64,000 nt of DNA from Octopus bimaculoides (lineage: Eukaryota). Positions within the stretch are counted from its first letter, which is position 1, and each line of letters begins with the position of its first letter. Of the stretch, positions 13,959 to 26,056 are shown piece after piece. A model generated the notes under the pieces. It searched no databases. It was not told the origin of the DNA and worked only from the letters and a program-made list of their open reading frames with translations. The stretch covers positions 41,912,329 through 41,976,328 of the forward strand of contig NC_068982.1 in the NCBI RefSeq assembly GCF_001194135.2, read 5' to 3'. Position numbers and translations under genes: made by a program.

Positions 13959-16900
13959 TTAAATATATAGCAGAGACATGAATGTAATAAGTGTAACTGA
14001 AGTTTCTTATTACAGAAAGATATAATAATAGAGCAAATTAACCAAAACCATACTGGTTCATCACTGTATCCATGGCATAGCTAAAAGTGAAGATCTTGTT
14101 TAAGAACTTGCACCATTACTGTCCCTCTTCAAACAAGCAGCATTACTTTTGTATGAAAGATGCAATATAAAATTAGTTAATTCACTTTATAGTCAAGGAT
14201 TTATTCAGATCTGCATAAAAGACATATGCACAAATGCACCCATCCATACACAAGCAATGTGTGTATAAATAATTTTCAAAAGTCTTCAATGTGGTGTCCT
14301 AGCATGGCTGCAGTCTAATGAGTGAAACAAGTAAAAGATATAAGAATGGTTGGAAAAGTTCCTTTCTTTACTAAGGGTATTAGGAGAAGCGTGAATAACA
14401 ATCTTTTCTCAAAACTTTTAAAACAATGTGCAATTCAGAAATCAGTGCTGTACTTCTACACATTCTTCAAGGCTTTTCACTTTATCACAAAGTTTAATCT
14501 TTGTATAGACTTCATTTATATGTACATACATGTCTCATAACACAGAGGGGAACTACTAAAAAGGAGCAAGTCATTGTGAAAGGATTAACTGGCTTTTCAC
14601 AAAAGAATTTGAACTCACCACAGGAAACAAGTAAACATGAGAGTTTTTACATGGTTGCTTGACCTTCTTGAAATAACAGCCAAATCTCCCTCAAATCACA
14701 TACTACCGTCTTAAAAAAAGAGCACATTCAATAATGTAGTTCTTGATATACATTTTCTGGAGAAAATATCACTCGCTGTAACCATCACAAATTAATACAA
14801 GCCCTCTTTTACATGAGAACCACAAATGAGCAATGACATTGAAGATATATACCATATTTCATGGCATCGAGGCCAGCCCCACTTCAAAGATACACCTTGA
14901 AACAAAAAAGAAAAACCTAATAAAACAAAGCTTAAGCACTTTCACATACTTTATTCAGATGCTCTGTAAGTGGATTAGTGATATATAGATCATGTTGATC
15001 ACTTAGAGTCTACAATATTTTTCTTCTGTAATACAGTTTAACAAATATAACACCCTGAAGTTAAAACTGGTTTATGAAAAATGTAACCCTTGTCCTCCAG
15101 AATATATGGTAAATTTTCAAGAGATGCTTTAGGAATAAAACAGTGTCCTTGACACTGGGACATAAGCTATTTTATCTTAGCCATGTTTGAAACATTAACC
15201 CTCAGTAGAACAGCTGATCCAACAATTTATAACATCTTATGAATTTCATTGCTATTTTCCTGAGAGAATGAATAGCTAGGTCAATATCAATGTAATTTTA
15301 ACCCAGTGAACTTAGCATTTGTTATTCATTAAACAAAGGAAAAAACCATATACAGTATACCACGTTTTAAATATAAACATATGTTCAGAACCTGTATCCT
15401 AAGTTAGCAGAGAAACAGAAATTTAAACCATTTGAAAGTTAAAAATAAATATACAAAGGTTGAAATCAAAGATCATTTACTTATGAAGTTAATTAAAAAG
15501 ATAGCTAATCTATATAATTGTAGAACATTATACATAGATACATGCAGTTTTATATATATGATTCTCAATGACATTATTATTCTTTATTACTTTAAAAGCT
15601 TCTTGCATGGTGCTTATTTTGACAAGGTTTGGTTGAAATGATTTGCCTCTTCTGTATTCTTGCTATTTTTCAGGTATAATGTATTTGGGGTGGAGAAGAT
15701 CAGTCTCAGAAGATAAAACATTTTATTTTATAATGAATATATTTTGATAATTATAAAAGCGGCAGAATTTTAAAACTGTTTTAATCTGAATTGTTTGTAT
15801 GGATTTATCATGTCAGTCGAATACTGAAGTGCAAGGTAATTAAATCTACACCATTTGGTAGCAAAACACCTTATCAGTCAGTGAATGCCAAACTGCCTGT
15901 ATCCACTAAGAGAGAGAGAGAGATAGAGGTAAGAAAGGAAATATGAACCTGCAATATATAAAGCAAGGTAAGCAGGTTGCAGTTAAGTGAGAATGAATAG
16001 CAATGAAAATGCTGTAAAATATTGTACGGGGAGGGCAGAACTGGACAGCTGCTTGAAAACGCATCAACATCTAGGCAGTTGGATAACTCAACTGGCAGCA
16101 CAGAAGTCATATCAACACGGTAAAGAGAGAAACGAGAGGGGTTCGGGGTATTTTACTAGACATATATGACTATAAACATGGAAAAATTGAGTTCTGTTGC
16201 ACAAGGCATCAACGAAAGAAATAAAAAAATTAAAAAATTCTATGGTAACATAAGGTTACTCTTAAACAGAATATCAATATTCTTAGTGAAAGCAATCAAT
16301 CAATAACAACACCACATAGTACACATTCCGAGTAACTATCTATCTTTCATTCCAACCCCGCCATTCACGCATAGAAAGACAACTGTTAAAAGTTGAATGT
16401 TCAATTAAATAAGCGAAACCAAACAAAATATCGTGAACAACTCGAGCTTCATAATTACAATTCGGTACCGCATGTGAGGGAAACAGTTTCAGTATCTTAC
16501 TGGTACCTACTTTGGTCGGAATTTGATGCCAAAATAAACAAAATATCGCACTTAGATGGCATAAAACGAGTCAAATGATTAGGTTCGCAACTACCGGAGG
16601 AAAGAAATCCACCGCTCTAATAAAAGCTAGTTCTACAATAAATAAATAAATAAAAAGAAAGAAACTGCATTATAGTTTCTAGTCAATTCGATGTGGATAT
16701 TGTGCGTGGAGAACTCCTCGCCGCCGCACACTACATGTGTGTGTGTGTGTGTAGTAACGATGATTACAAACGGTTTCTTACATCTGTATTCATCCAGTTA
16801 TTAGAAAAGGAGAACGGATAATGGTACGAACGAAGCCTTTAGGTATGGGTTTGTGATCCTAGCTGTCACATATACATAAATTCTATTCGGGTGTATTGAG

Positions 16901-17086
16901 TACGTTTATGTTTTAGTACGATGAAACAAATGACACACACACACACATATTGTGTATTTCTATTAAGCAGAAACCAAACAAGGAAATATAGACACAGAGA
17001 GAGGGAAGGAGAGATATGGAAAGAGAGAGTGAAAGTAATAGAGGGAACAGGCTTTTGAGCACGTGGAATGGAATGAAAATGCTATT

Positions 17087-17121
<35 letters not shown>

Positions 17122-18269
17122 CCTTCGAGTAGCAGAAGGTAATAGAGACACGGCAAAAAATAAAAATGTTACTAGCAAGATTTGTTCGACAATGTTTCGC
17201 CACGGAAGCAGATGGTAGTGTATAGATTAAGAGGGAGAGAGAGAGAGGATTAAGAGGGAGAGAGAGAGAGCGAAAGAAATAAAAAGAGAAAAAGAACGTG
17301 ATAGTAAAATGTAGAAAGAACAGTTGGCTGCAAAACATTCGCGCACATACAAACATATACATCGCTACTTTATACACAACCAGAAAAGAAGAAAGTATTG
17401 ATATATTTGGAGATTTATGATCTATTTACCATATAAATTAGACTGCAAAGATAGTTACCATCTACAGAGTCGGGGGTTTCAAAGTATTTCATTATATAAA
17501 CCAACACAAACAAAAACAACGTTCATTTAAGAACGTTTTAACATTGACACAAGACTACACATTTTCAGGTGAGGGGGAATGTGGCGGACTGAATCAACTC
17601 CAATATAAATAAGATCGATATTTTATTTTATCGATCCCAGATATATAAAACTCGAAGTCGACTTCGGTAAGATTTGAACGCAAAACACAGAGACAAAAAC
17701 TAAAGAAAATGTATCATTTTGTCTTGATATTATACTGTTTCTGTATCCATGAGTAAAGTTTGGAAGAACGAGTAAATATTTTCGATAGGAACCGAAGAGA
17801 AAAGAAAAAAAAAAAAAGATCAGTATTGTAATTCTTAAAAAAAAAAACCCCAAAAAACTTTCATGTATTTTCTAGTCACCGACAATCTATGATATAATGG
17901 GTTACAGAAAATATTACCACGATCATTAACCTCAGTATCACTTATCAAATAGCCCCACGTACATACATATTGGAGTTCAAAAGTCACTGAAGGTTTTCGA
18001 TATAAACTATGAAATACATTTCAAAATTTCTGTTATTATCAGTGGAAAATAACTTTTTAAATAACCAATCATAAACTTATTACTTAAATTTATGTTTGAT
18101 TATAAAAAAAGTTATGCGATTTATTATTTAGAAAGAAAAAAAAATCGAAGGTACTAATAAGGAGGCAATAACTTTCCTATGAGAATTTTCTATTTATAAC
18201 GGGATATATATATAAATATACACATACATATTTATATACAATTTTCAGTTCTTCATAAAAGTTAATTAC

Positions 18270-18358
18270 CTTTGTTTATGTTGCCAAGCGATACTTTCTC
18301 GGTGCCAAAAATCACTTCCATCAGAACCAGCTGGCCGGCTTCCAGTCATTGACGCCAT
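18270..18358 (-). CDS. JAGN1: Protein jagunal homolog 1, coding exon 1 (MASMTGSRPAGSDGSDFWHRESIAWQHKQ + AG, 89 nt, phase 2)
   Basis: The translation matches the conserved jagunal N-terminus (human [30 protein letters not shown]), with the same 29 codons + 2 nt before the donor CAAAG|GTAATT. The ATG lies in a CpG-rich region. No downstream jagunal exon was found between 1 and 18269. Confidence 0.92.
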
Positions 18359-18399
18359 TTCAGCGTAATATAAAAAATTGTATTTTTTTTTTTCTCCTC

Positions 18400-18560
18400 T
18401 CGAAAATTGAGCCACGAAACTTGTTATAACATTGCTTTAGCAGATGAAAATGACTGACAATGTTAACAAAGGTTGGTGCCCAACGCATGCGTAGTGTTAA
18501 ATTTCCGCTTGCAATTGAACTAGAGTGAACTCCCTTGGTCCTTTATAACGTTAAGCTTTC
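18400..18560 (-). promoter_or_regulatory. Probable JAGN1 promoter (CpG-retaining; NRF1-like palindrome ACGCATGCGT at 18483-18492)
   Basis: Lies immediately upstream of the JAGN1 ATG on the minus strand. The palindrome resembles the NRF1/EWG site typical of housekeeping promoters. No TATA box is obvious. Confidence 0.5.
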
Positions 18561-19329
18561 CTGACATATGTAACATCTCAACTTGGTAGATGGATACAGC
18601 TTACAGAATTGAAAAATAATGGTTATATTTAATCATGTCTTTTATATATTTTCATTGTAATATAAAAAAAAAAAAATCAAAAGTTGAAGGAGAGACTAAA
18701 TTTACGACACCTCACGAAATCCCTTGTACGTATTTAGTTACGGCCTCTTCGTTCGTGGGTTTGACTTTGGTCGATGTCGGTAAATCATGGCCCTGTGAAT
18801 TGTGAGGTTGATTTATTGAACTCAATTCCTTCTCATCAAGTTTATATTATTGTTCTAACGTAAGAAAATGAAATATGAGTATTATATATATATATATATT
18901 TTGTAAATTTAAAAAATCGAAACAGTTTTAACAACGCAATCGCCTAGTAAATTTGCTTTCTCTCAAAACATTTTCAACATTAAATTTGCATTAAAAAAAA
19001 AATTCGTAATCGAGTTAATTTAATGTACAAATTACATATGCGCAAGTCTTTTAACAACATTTTTATTAACAATCTACAGAAGAGAAAAATCAACAATAGG
19101 CAGGGCATCAATTTGAAAAGCATCGTCAAATTTAGGGAATCTATGAGTAACTATCTTGCATTTCCAATTTTAAAACTGACAAGTTGTATATTCCATTGTT
19201 ACCCAGGTGTCTTTCAAGATATCTAGAAAAACACTTTAAGTATCCTTCCCTCTACCCCATCCACCCATTTTCTCCGTCCACTATTCCTGGGAAGGTCGTT
19301 GGAGTTCAGTCTTCAAGCATCTCCTCCAA

Positions 19330-19680
19330 AGAGTCCTATCAGAAGCAACGGACATTACACTTTACGGCTGGATTCCCAAGCGTAACCAACTGAGACTGGA
19401 TATTATCCATCCATCCATCTCGTTCTTGGTCTACCCCTAAGCCTCCTGTCGGTTGGCTCGGCTTGAAGAATCTGCCTTGCGATTCTTTTCTGCTGCATTC
19501 GAATCACGTATCTGTAGCTACACCTCTCAATGCAAAGTTGGGATTCGATCTGGAGAAATTCCCTTATCTCTGAGCTATGCACCCTGTCTAGTAACATCAC
19601 TCTATAGAAGCTTCGGAGGAACCCGATTTCAGCGGCTTGCATTCAGGGTTTCTTTCACAACCATCACTTTTAAATTTTAG
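19330..19680 (-). mobile_element. Rex3/Expander-like RTE LINE 3' fragment
   Basis: QAAEIGFLR...DRVHSSEIRE...PTDRRLRGRPRTRWMD followed by (GGAT)n. Confidence 0.85.
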
Positions 19681-20849
19681 TCTCTTTGACATGACAGTTT
19701 CTTTATCAAGATATATATTTGCATTACAGTTTCTTGTTGATCCTCTTTTTCATTCATGTTTTCCAATTATTTATTCTACAACTTGGCTTTCTCATCCTAC
19801 CGATCACCGTCTTGGCACTCTTAATTCCTTTATCGAGCCATTGCAATAGCATAATGAATGGATCAGTAGCCAATACAACAGGGTCTCCAAACTTACTACA
19901 AACTTTAAATCTTTGCTATATATACATTCATTAGTTGTAGAATATCACTTAGTCTCTCTTACAATGAATAATGTGTGACGATAACTGGACTACTTTTGTG
20001 TTTTAGTCAAGGAGGGGAGACAACGCCGATGATCTTAACAGACTGGTGAGCAAGACGTTATGTTTATCTTGCTCACAGATTGATGTCTGACAAATACGTG
20101 CAGTCCCACAGGGTTGAACTGTTGGGGGCAGTGAGACGCAGTCGAGATTATGCGGAGGCGGGCGAGACAACGAATCGAGCAGTATGCAGTGTTCTAGTTT
20201 AGAGGGGCAGAAACTTATTTAATAACTATACTATGGAGTATATTGTGCGGTGGTGTTCTCATAATGTATTACAGTAAAAATATTCCTAATCAGATACTAA
20301 TATTTTGAGGATGCTGTCTAAAATGTTTGTGTAACAACTGCTTTGTCTTAGAATGAGAACAGTGCTTTAGTATGAGTTAAACTTATACATATCAGGCGAT
20401 GGAAAGGTTTAAATTTCGAGAATCTGTTTTGCCTATAACATAGTATGTGGGCGCAATCCGAGCTTGTGATATTTACTATTTGTAAAGATTATGAAGGTTT
20501 TTGTGAATTGTTTCGGAACATTCTGTGTAACTGAGACATTATCTGAAGGCTTTATTCAACACAAAACTGTGAGTAACAATATAACATGCCCAAAATCGCA
20601 TACAGCGTACACACGACTACATTCATACGACAAAACTCAGCAAAACTTGTTGATCCTTGTGGTCGACTTCTATCATCATGACTTTACATGTAACGTTGGT
20701 CAATAAAGTGTGAAAGACGAATATAATCATCCTTTTATAATCGAATAGCTTATTTGATGGTATAAAGGACGTTTGGGCGTAAGAGACGCTCTAAAATTTA
20801 ATCAGCGTATATCTAAAAAAAATGGTTTTAGTGCATTAAAGCAGGTAAT

Positions 20850-21060
20850 ATTAAAGCTCGCAGAATCGTTAGCAAGCCGGGCAAATTGCTTGGCGGCATT
20901 TTGTCCGTCTTTACGTTCTGAGTTGAAATTCTGCCGAGGTCGACTTTGCCTTTCATTCCTCCGGGGTCGATAAAATAAGTGCCAGTTGATCATTGGGTCG
21001 ATGTAATCGTCTTAGGCCCTTCCCCGAAATTGCTAACCTTGTGTCAAATATTGAAACCAG
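20850..21060 (+). mobile_element. tRNA-headed SINE family C
   Basis: gcagaatcgttagca...gttctgagttgaaattc...ggtcgactttgcctttcat...ggggtcgataaaataagt...ccttgtgtcaaatattgaaacc. Copies at ~9.2, 12.35, 38.6, 44.5 (all -), 58.1 and 58.3 kb. Confidence 0.8.
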
Positions 21061-21239
21061 TATTTAAAGCGACTCTGCTTATAGGACACGGGGTCATTTT
21101 TTTTAGCACTTTTTCTTTTCTTTTTTTCTGTTTTTTTTTTTTTTTTTTTTAAGAAAGTGTATTTTATATGCCATTGAATATGGTAAAAATTTAGTCCAGT
21201 ATTCCTTCGTGTTAATAACAAAGAATTCACTGGTTCGAT

Positions 21240-21560
21240 CTACGTAGTAAAGGATTTTCATAACATTCTCCCTTCCATGATGATATTTTCAGTTCATAAA
21301 TCCAAGTGATTAAAAGGATGTTGGACCAATCTTAACTTCTCCAGAGCAGAAGTTGTTGGAAATTCATCTATTATTGATGATTCTGCTTTATCTCCGAAGC
21401 CAGTACTGTTGTTGTCTTTAGTCAATCTGGCATCTCCATAAGTGTTTTGAGATAGTGTTAGTCTCATTCTTGGTAGCCGTTAGTGTTGGCACTCAATATG
21501 TATATAATACGCTGTAGTTTCTTTGCTGTCAGGCAAGTGAACAAGGGTAAAATGAGGGCT
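21240..21560 (-). mobile_element. Possible highly decayed Penelope-like C-terminal (post GIY-YIG) fragment
   Basis: Minus-strand TISKHLW...LEKL...ENIIM resembles the T.LSKH.W / C.LC..EK / RH C-terminus of PLE endonucleases; heavily mutated. Confidence 0.35.
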
Positions 21561-22460
21561 TGCTTGAAAGAACTCTTTTTCATCGACTAAAGGACCCACT
21601 TTGTTTATGCGAATATGATATTTAAGTAGATCAGGTCTAGGATTACAGAACCATGAAGGTACTGAGGTTTCTGTGGAAGAGCGATGAGAATAATTTAGAA
21701 GTCTCTTACAGGATAGCTTTTAGTTGTAATACGCAACAACGACTGGAGTGAGTAGGATAGTTGGTTGTTAGAATCCTTATATCATCGGACGAATGTCTTG
21801 CTCTTGTAATAACTGTTCCGTTATGAGTTCAAATTCTGCTGACATAAAGTACTTGGGTCGATATCATTGTCTGCCCATCATTTCCAGTATGCCACGGGCT
21901 TGCATGGTATACTATAACGCAAATCCTCACCGAATAGTGACACTCTACTTGGAGTACACTGCAGTTATATTAATATTATTTATTTGTAACAGCTTACATC
22001 TGCTGAGGAAAGAAAAATGAATTGCTACAACGGTTTCGTTCCAACGAGACAAGGCAAGAGAGAGAGAGAAAGAGACAGAGGTGGTGGGGGAGATTAGAAA
22101 GAGTTGCGATAATATTGTTCTATTGCTCAATAAAACCTGTTGAAAACGATGAACAATTGTAACCTTCTGCACGACCCTCTCTACAATTTAATTTTGTTCC
22201 TGTCATCTCTTCATAGAGACAGCAGACTGAATTTGTCGTTCGATTTTATACCATCACCTAGCAATTGGGAACCATTCTGTTGCAAGCATTCGAACTCAAT
22301 ATTCAATCTTGGTAACTTGTTGTCCTTTCTACTGTAGCAACCCAGGAGTGGTGGTTCCTCACTCCGGCAGTCTCAAAGTCCCCCGAACAAAGTTATGAAA
22401 GTTGCTCGTCTTTCTTGACTAAGCCATGAAAATATTATTTGCACGATGTTTCCTTTAAAT

Positions 22461-22695
22461 CAGTATTTCTCAATCATCTTTAACCTATGAACTCCTTTGA
22501 TTCCTATTTTACTTGGATGTACCTTCATAGTCATTCAATGTTTAAAAAATCATATTATATTTTTATAATTAAATATTATTAAGAATTTTATTAAAAAAAG
22601 TGTTAAAATAATTTGTGAACTGTAGACGTATACCAATTTATTGCACGTAAACTTTAGTAACAAAATCTTACGTGGACCACAATTGAGAACCACTG
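22461..22695. mobile_element. hAT-type MITE
   Basis: TIR CAGTATTTCTCAAT / ATTGAGAACCACTG; 8-bp TSD CTTTAAAT / TTTTAAAT. Confidence 0.7.
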
Positions 22696-23204
22696 TTTTA
22701 AATAATAATGGGCACAAGAAGGCGATTCCCCACTTGAAACTATGCAATGATGACAAACAAGTCCTTATCTCACAATAGCTCTAAGATCAGGAATGTATTG
22801 CGAGATGGTATCGATACTTTTTGCCATGTCTGAAAAGAACTGTCTTTATATTTATATTATTATTGTAAGTGATCCGCTACTCCACTTAGAATAGGCGTAA
22901 ATACTGAAACATCTAATTTCCTTCTTCCGAAGACAACTTATTTCAATACTCTGGAAGAAGTAATTATATCATCAAGGGAATGAGTTCACGATGCTACTTC
23001 AATTCACATCAAAAATGTATTTTATTTCTATATGAAGGATTTCTGGCATTGGTGTTTGGTCTTTTCTCATCATAATGATGATCTTCGGTTAAAAATAAGC
23101 TTACTTTACTGTGCAGTCATGGCTGTTTGGTTAAGAATCTCGCTTTGGAATCATGTGGTTTCAAGTTCAGTCCCACAACGCGGCACCTTGGGCAAGTGTC
23201 TTCT

Positions 23205-23457
23205 ATTATAACTCCAGTTCGATTTTAACAGCTATTTTTTCAAAGCTATAATGGAAGTGACAAAGAACCATATTCGCCATATTTTGCTTTATGAGTTCAA
23301 TAAAGGCAACAATGCAACGGAAAGTGCGAGGAATATTAATACAGTATATGGGATCGGACAATATGCGTAAGCCAGTGTCAACGGTGGTTCCAGAAATTCC
23401 GAGCCGGAAACTACAGCCTAGAAGACGAGCCTCGTCCTGGAAGATCTGTAGAAAATC
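23205..23457 (+). mobile_element. Mariner transposase N-terminal (HTH) fragment
   Basis: ATG at 23251: MEVTKNHIRHILLYEFNKGNNATESARNINTVYG / QCQRWFQKFRAGNYSLEDEPRPGRSVE with a frameshift. Confidence 0.9.
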
Positions 23458-24667
23458 TTTTCTTATATCAACCAATAAAAAAGGAACTTATAAATTCTTA
23501 TACTAAAAGATGCGATCTATTTTCCCTTCACTTTATCTATACACACCGAACCAAACGGATTAAAAAGAAAAATTACGTACGTGCTCGGTCAAATGGATTC
23601 TAGTGATATGAACAATATTGAAAGGTTTTGCAGTTGAAACTCTGTAAGCTTTCTATCAAGCATCGTCTTCTCAAGAACTGTCTGCGTTTATTTTGACAAT
23701 CTAAAAACCCGTTCTCGCTCTAAGGGTTCTTATTTTATAGGACTGTCTCCATACCAAGTGGATAATTTTTTTTCTCACACATCTCTGCACACAAATTTAG
23801 TTAGCACACTCTTTTCTTCTTTGTTTATAAAATTGTTATAATGTATGTTGAACGCTTTAGCCATTTCCTTTGGTCTACTTAAAGAACAGAGTTTTTAAGA
23901 ATAATTATCCCTGTTTGATCTGCGAGATCAAGTTTATGCTTCAATCCAACCTGCAAAGCCAAACGAGTTTTGACTTCCCTGACATAGAGGTAGTATCTGA
24001 AAGAGGAGGAGTGTTCAATCAATGAATCAGTCTGGGGCCCCAGCCAGGCTACCTATGAATATCTGACGGGGGCCCAGACAAGCTACCTATGAATATCTGA
24101 CGGGGCCCTAGAAAAAAAAAATTAAAAAAACTTTTAATCTGTGTAATACTTCGACTGTGCGAACCAAAGGAGATGGCGACGTAGACGGAAAAGGCTCCTT
24201 TTTACCATATCGCACGGTCGAACACAAAATAATATATATATAAGATAGAAGGCTCGTCGTAAGAGATACGAGCCATAGTGCCAGAAAAAGAACTTAGGAC
24301 AAACTCAACCGTTAGATATATAATGAAAGTAAGTTTATTAACATAGTGAAACTGTTTGTCTGTCTGCGCGTGCATACGACATATATAATTAACACAGTAA
24401 ATAAGTCAGGCCTTCGTATCAAGAGAAGGTATACAACAATGTGAAGTGACGGACAGTCGTATAAGCAATAGTGTGTGTACAATATGTGAGAGTACAAGTG
24501 TGCGTGTGAATGAGAAAAAAGTCTTAAAACACTGAGATAGAGAAAAACCAGTTCGTATTAAAATTACACAAGGAGATAGAATGTTCATACGCAGGAAGTT
24601 GTGGTCAAGGAGCAGAGCTGTAGTATCACACTATGTGTGTTGAGCGTCGAATGCTGTGACCGTTTAC

Positions 24668-24890
24668 CTGATACGGAATATTCTCGCTGGTTAGTTCTGT
24701 CTGTTGTTCGTGAGTGGAAATTCCACTCATACAGCGTCGAGATAAAACCGCGCTTGTTGAGGTTGGTGTTGCTGGCGACGACAAAGTTAGACAGTGCATT
24801 GGTGGTGAAGACGTCGGCGCTGGAACTGGCTCTGTGTGTGCGTGCGTGTGGTCAACGACCAGACCTGTAAGAGATCTGGAATCGAAGACG
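24668..24890 (-). other. Putative first exon of an unidentified minus-strand transcript (possible CDS start 24799: MHCLTLSSPATPTSTSAVLSRRCMSGISTHEQQTELTSENIPYQ, phase 0)
   Basis: TATAAATA on the minus strand at 24920-24913, a GC/CpG-rich body, an ATG at 24799 open for 44 codons, and a donor TATCAG|GTAAAC at 24668/24667. Confidence 0.45.
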
Positions 24891-24904
24891 ATTGCCGTCG
24901 TTGG

Positions 24905-25060
24905 ATCTGGCTTATTTATAGGCGAAAAAGGGCTCACCGGAAACCCAGTAAAACTCCTTCTCACGTGACCTTATCTGAAGCCGTCGATTGGATGTAATGC
25001 CCCCTTAGCAAGCAGAGCATGGGGACAATTGCCGCTCAAATAAGAACCAATCAGGATGAT
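24905..25060. promoter_or_regulatory. Candidate bidirectional promoter between the minus-strand exon and the BLVRA-like gene
   Basis: Minus-strand TATA at 24913-24920, E-box TCACGTGA at 24961-24968, and CCAAT boxes in opposite orientations (ATTGG 24987-24991; CCAAT 25047-25051), about 400 bp upstream of the BLVRA-like ATG. Confidence 0.5.
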
Positions 25061-25444
25061 GGATAGAAGGATCGAAGGCTAGATGTTAGCAGCTTCGTTA
25101 TTATTTGTGATTGAATGCCCGAGAGAGAGAGGTTTCACTACATCTGCTTTAATTTTGAGAGGACCGTCCTCCCCCACCTCTCCTGTGAAAGCTGTATTGT
25201 TTCACTTTACAGATTTCCCTTGGAGGCCTTGCATAGAGGTGCCATGAAGGTTTAAAGCTATTCAGTTGTTAATAATTGACATTAAAACTAAAAATATATG
25301 TGGTAACATGGTTTTCTGTAGTTAACATGTTCAGAATCGGTCATATTGTGAATATTGATGCACTTTGAGGCTTCCATAGTTAGTAAAATTTTTGCCGAAA
25401 CCCGCAAGTATTTGTTTTTCAGAATATCTATTGCTGCGAGAACA

Positions 25445-25572
25445 ATGGAATCGTTCGGTGTTGTTGTGGTCGGTATTGGAATGGCTGGGCAAATACGTAT
25501 TAGAGATTTACGGAACTTGCCTGCAGACAAACCAAATTTACAACGTTTGAAGCTTATCGGATACGTATCTCG
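25445..25572 (+). CDS. BLVRA: BLVRA-like coding exon 1 (MESFGVVVVGIGMAGQIRIRDLRNLPADKPNLQRLKLIGYVS-R)
   Basis: Rossmann GxGxxG motif; donor TCTCG|GTTTGT. An upstream acceptor ttgtttttcag at 25422 suggests a further 5' UTR exon. Confidence 0.93.
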
Positions 25573-26015
25573 GTTTGTAACCATAATTTTTATTTTTCAG
25601 TTCTGCAATTTAAATATTTTTTTCCCCATCCTGTTCATCACCGTACCTAAAAATAAAAAAAAAAGATGTAACTCATTTGGTTCCCCTCCCCCTCCAAAAA
25701 GGGACCCCCCCAAATAAACGCACCACACAAACCAAAACAAAAATACGCATTATAGGTTGGTAACCCCCCCCCATCCCACGTATTTCTTCATAACTTCACG
25801 AAAGACTCATATTTTAAAATGAAATTTTGCAGAGATANNNNNNNNNNATTTTTTTTTCCTTTTTATGTAAGAGTTTGTTTTCCAGATTTATGTCTAAAAC
25901 ATATCTCCAACCTCAAAATAGATGAGTTATGTAATCTGTATCCTTGAAAACGTATCTTTGCAAAATTCCATTAAAAATATTCATTGCTTAGTAAATTGAG
26001 GTAGTTATGCAAATA

Positions 26016-26056
<41 letters not shown>

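Noticed and set aside
24601-24870. Plus-strand 89-aa ORF, or a longer minus-strand ORF 24626-24964, as a standalone gene
   Set aside because: They start at non-ATG or upstream-of-TATA positions and show no homology. GC-richness explains the open frames.
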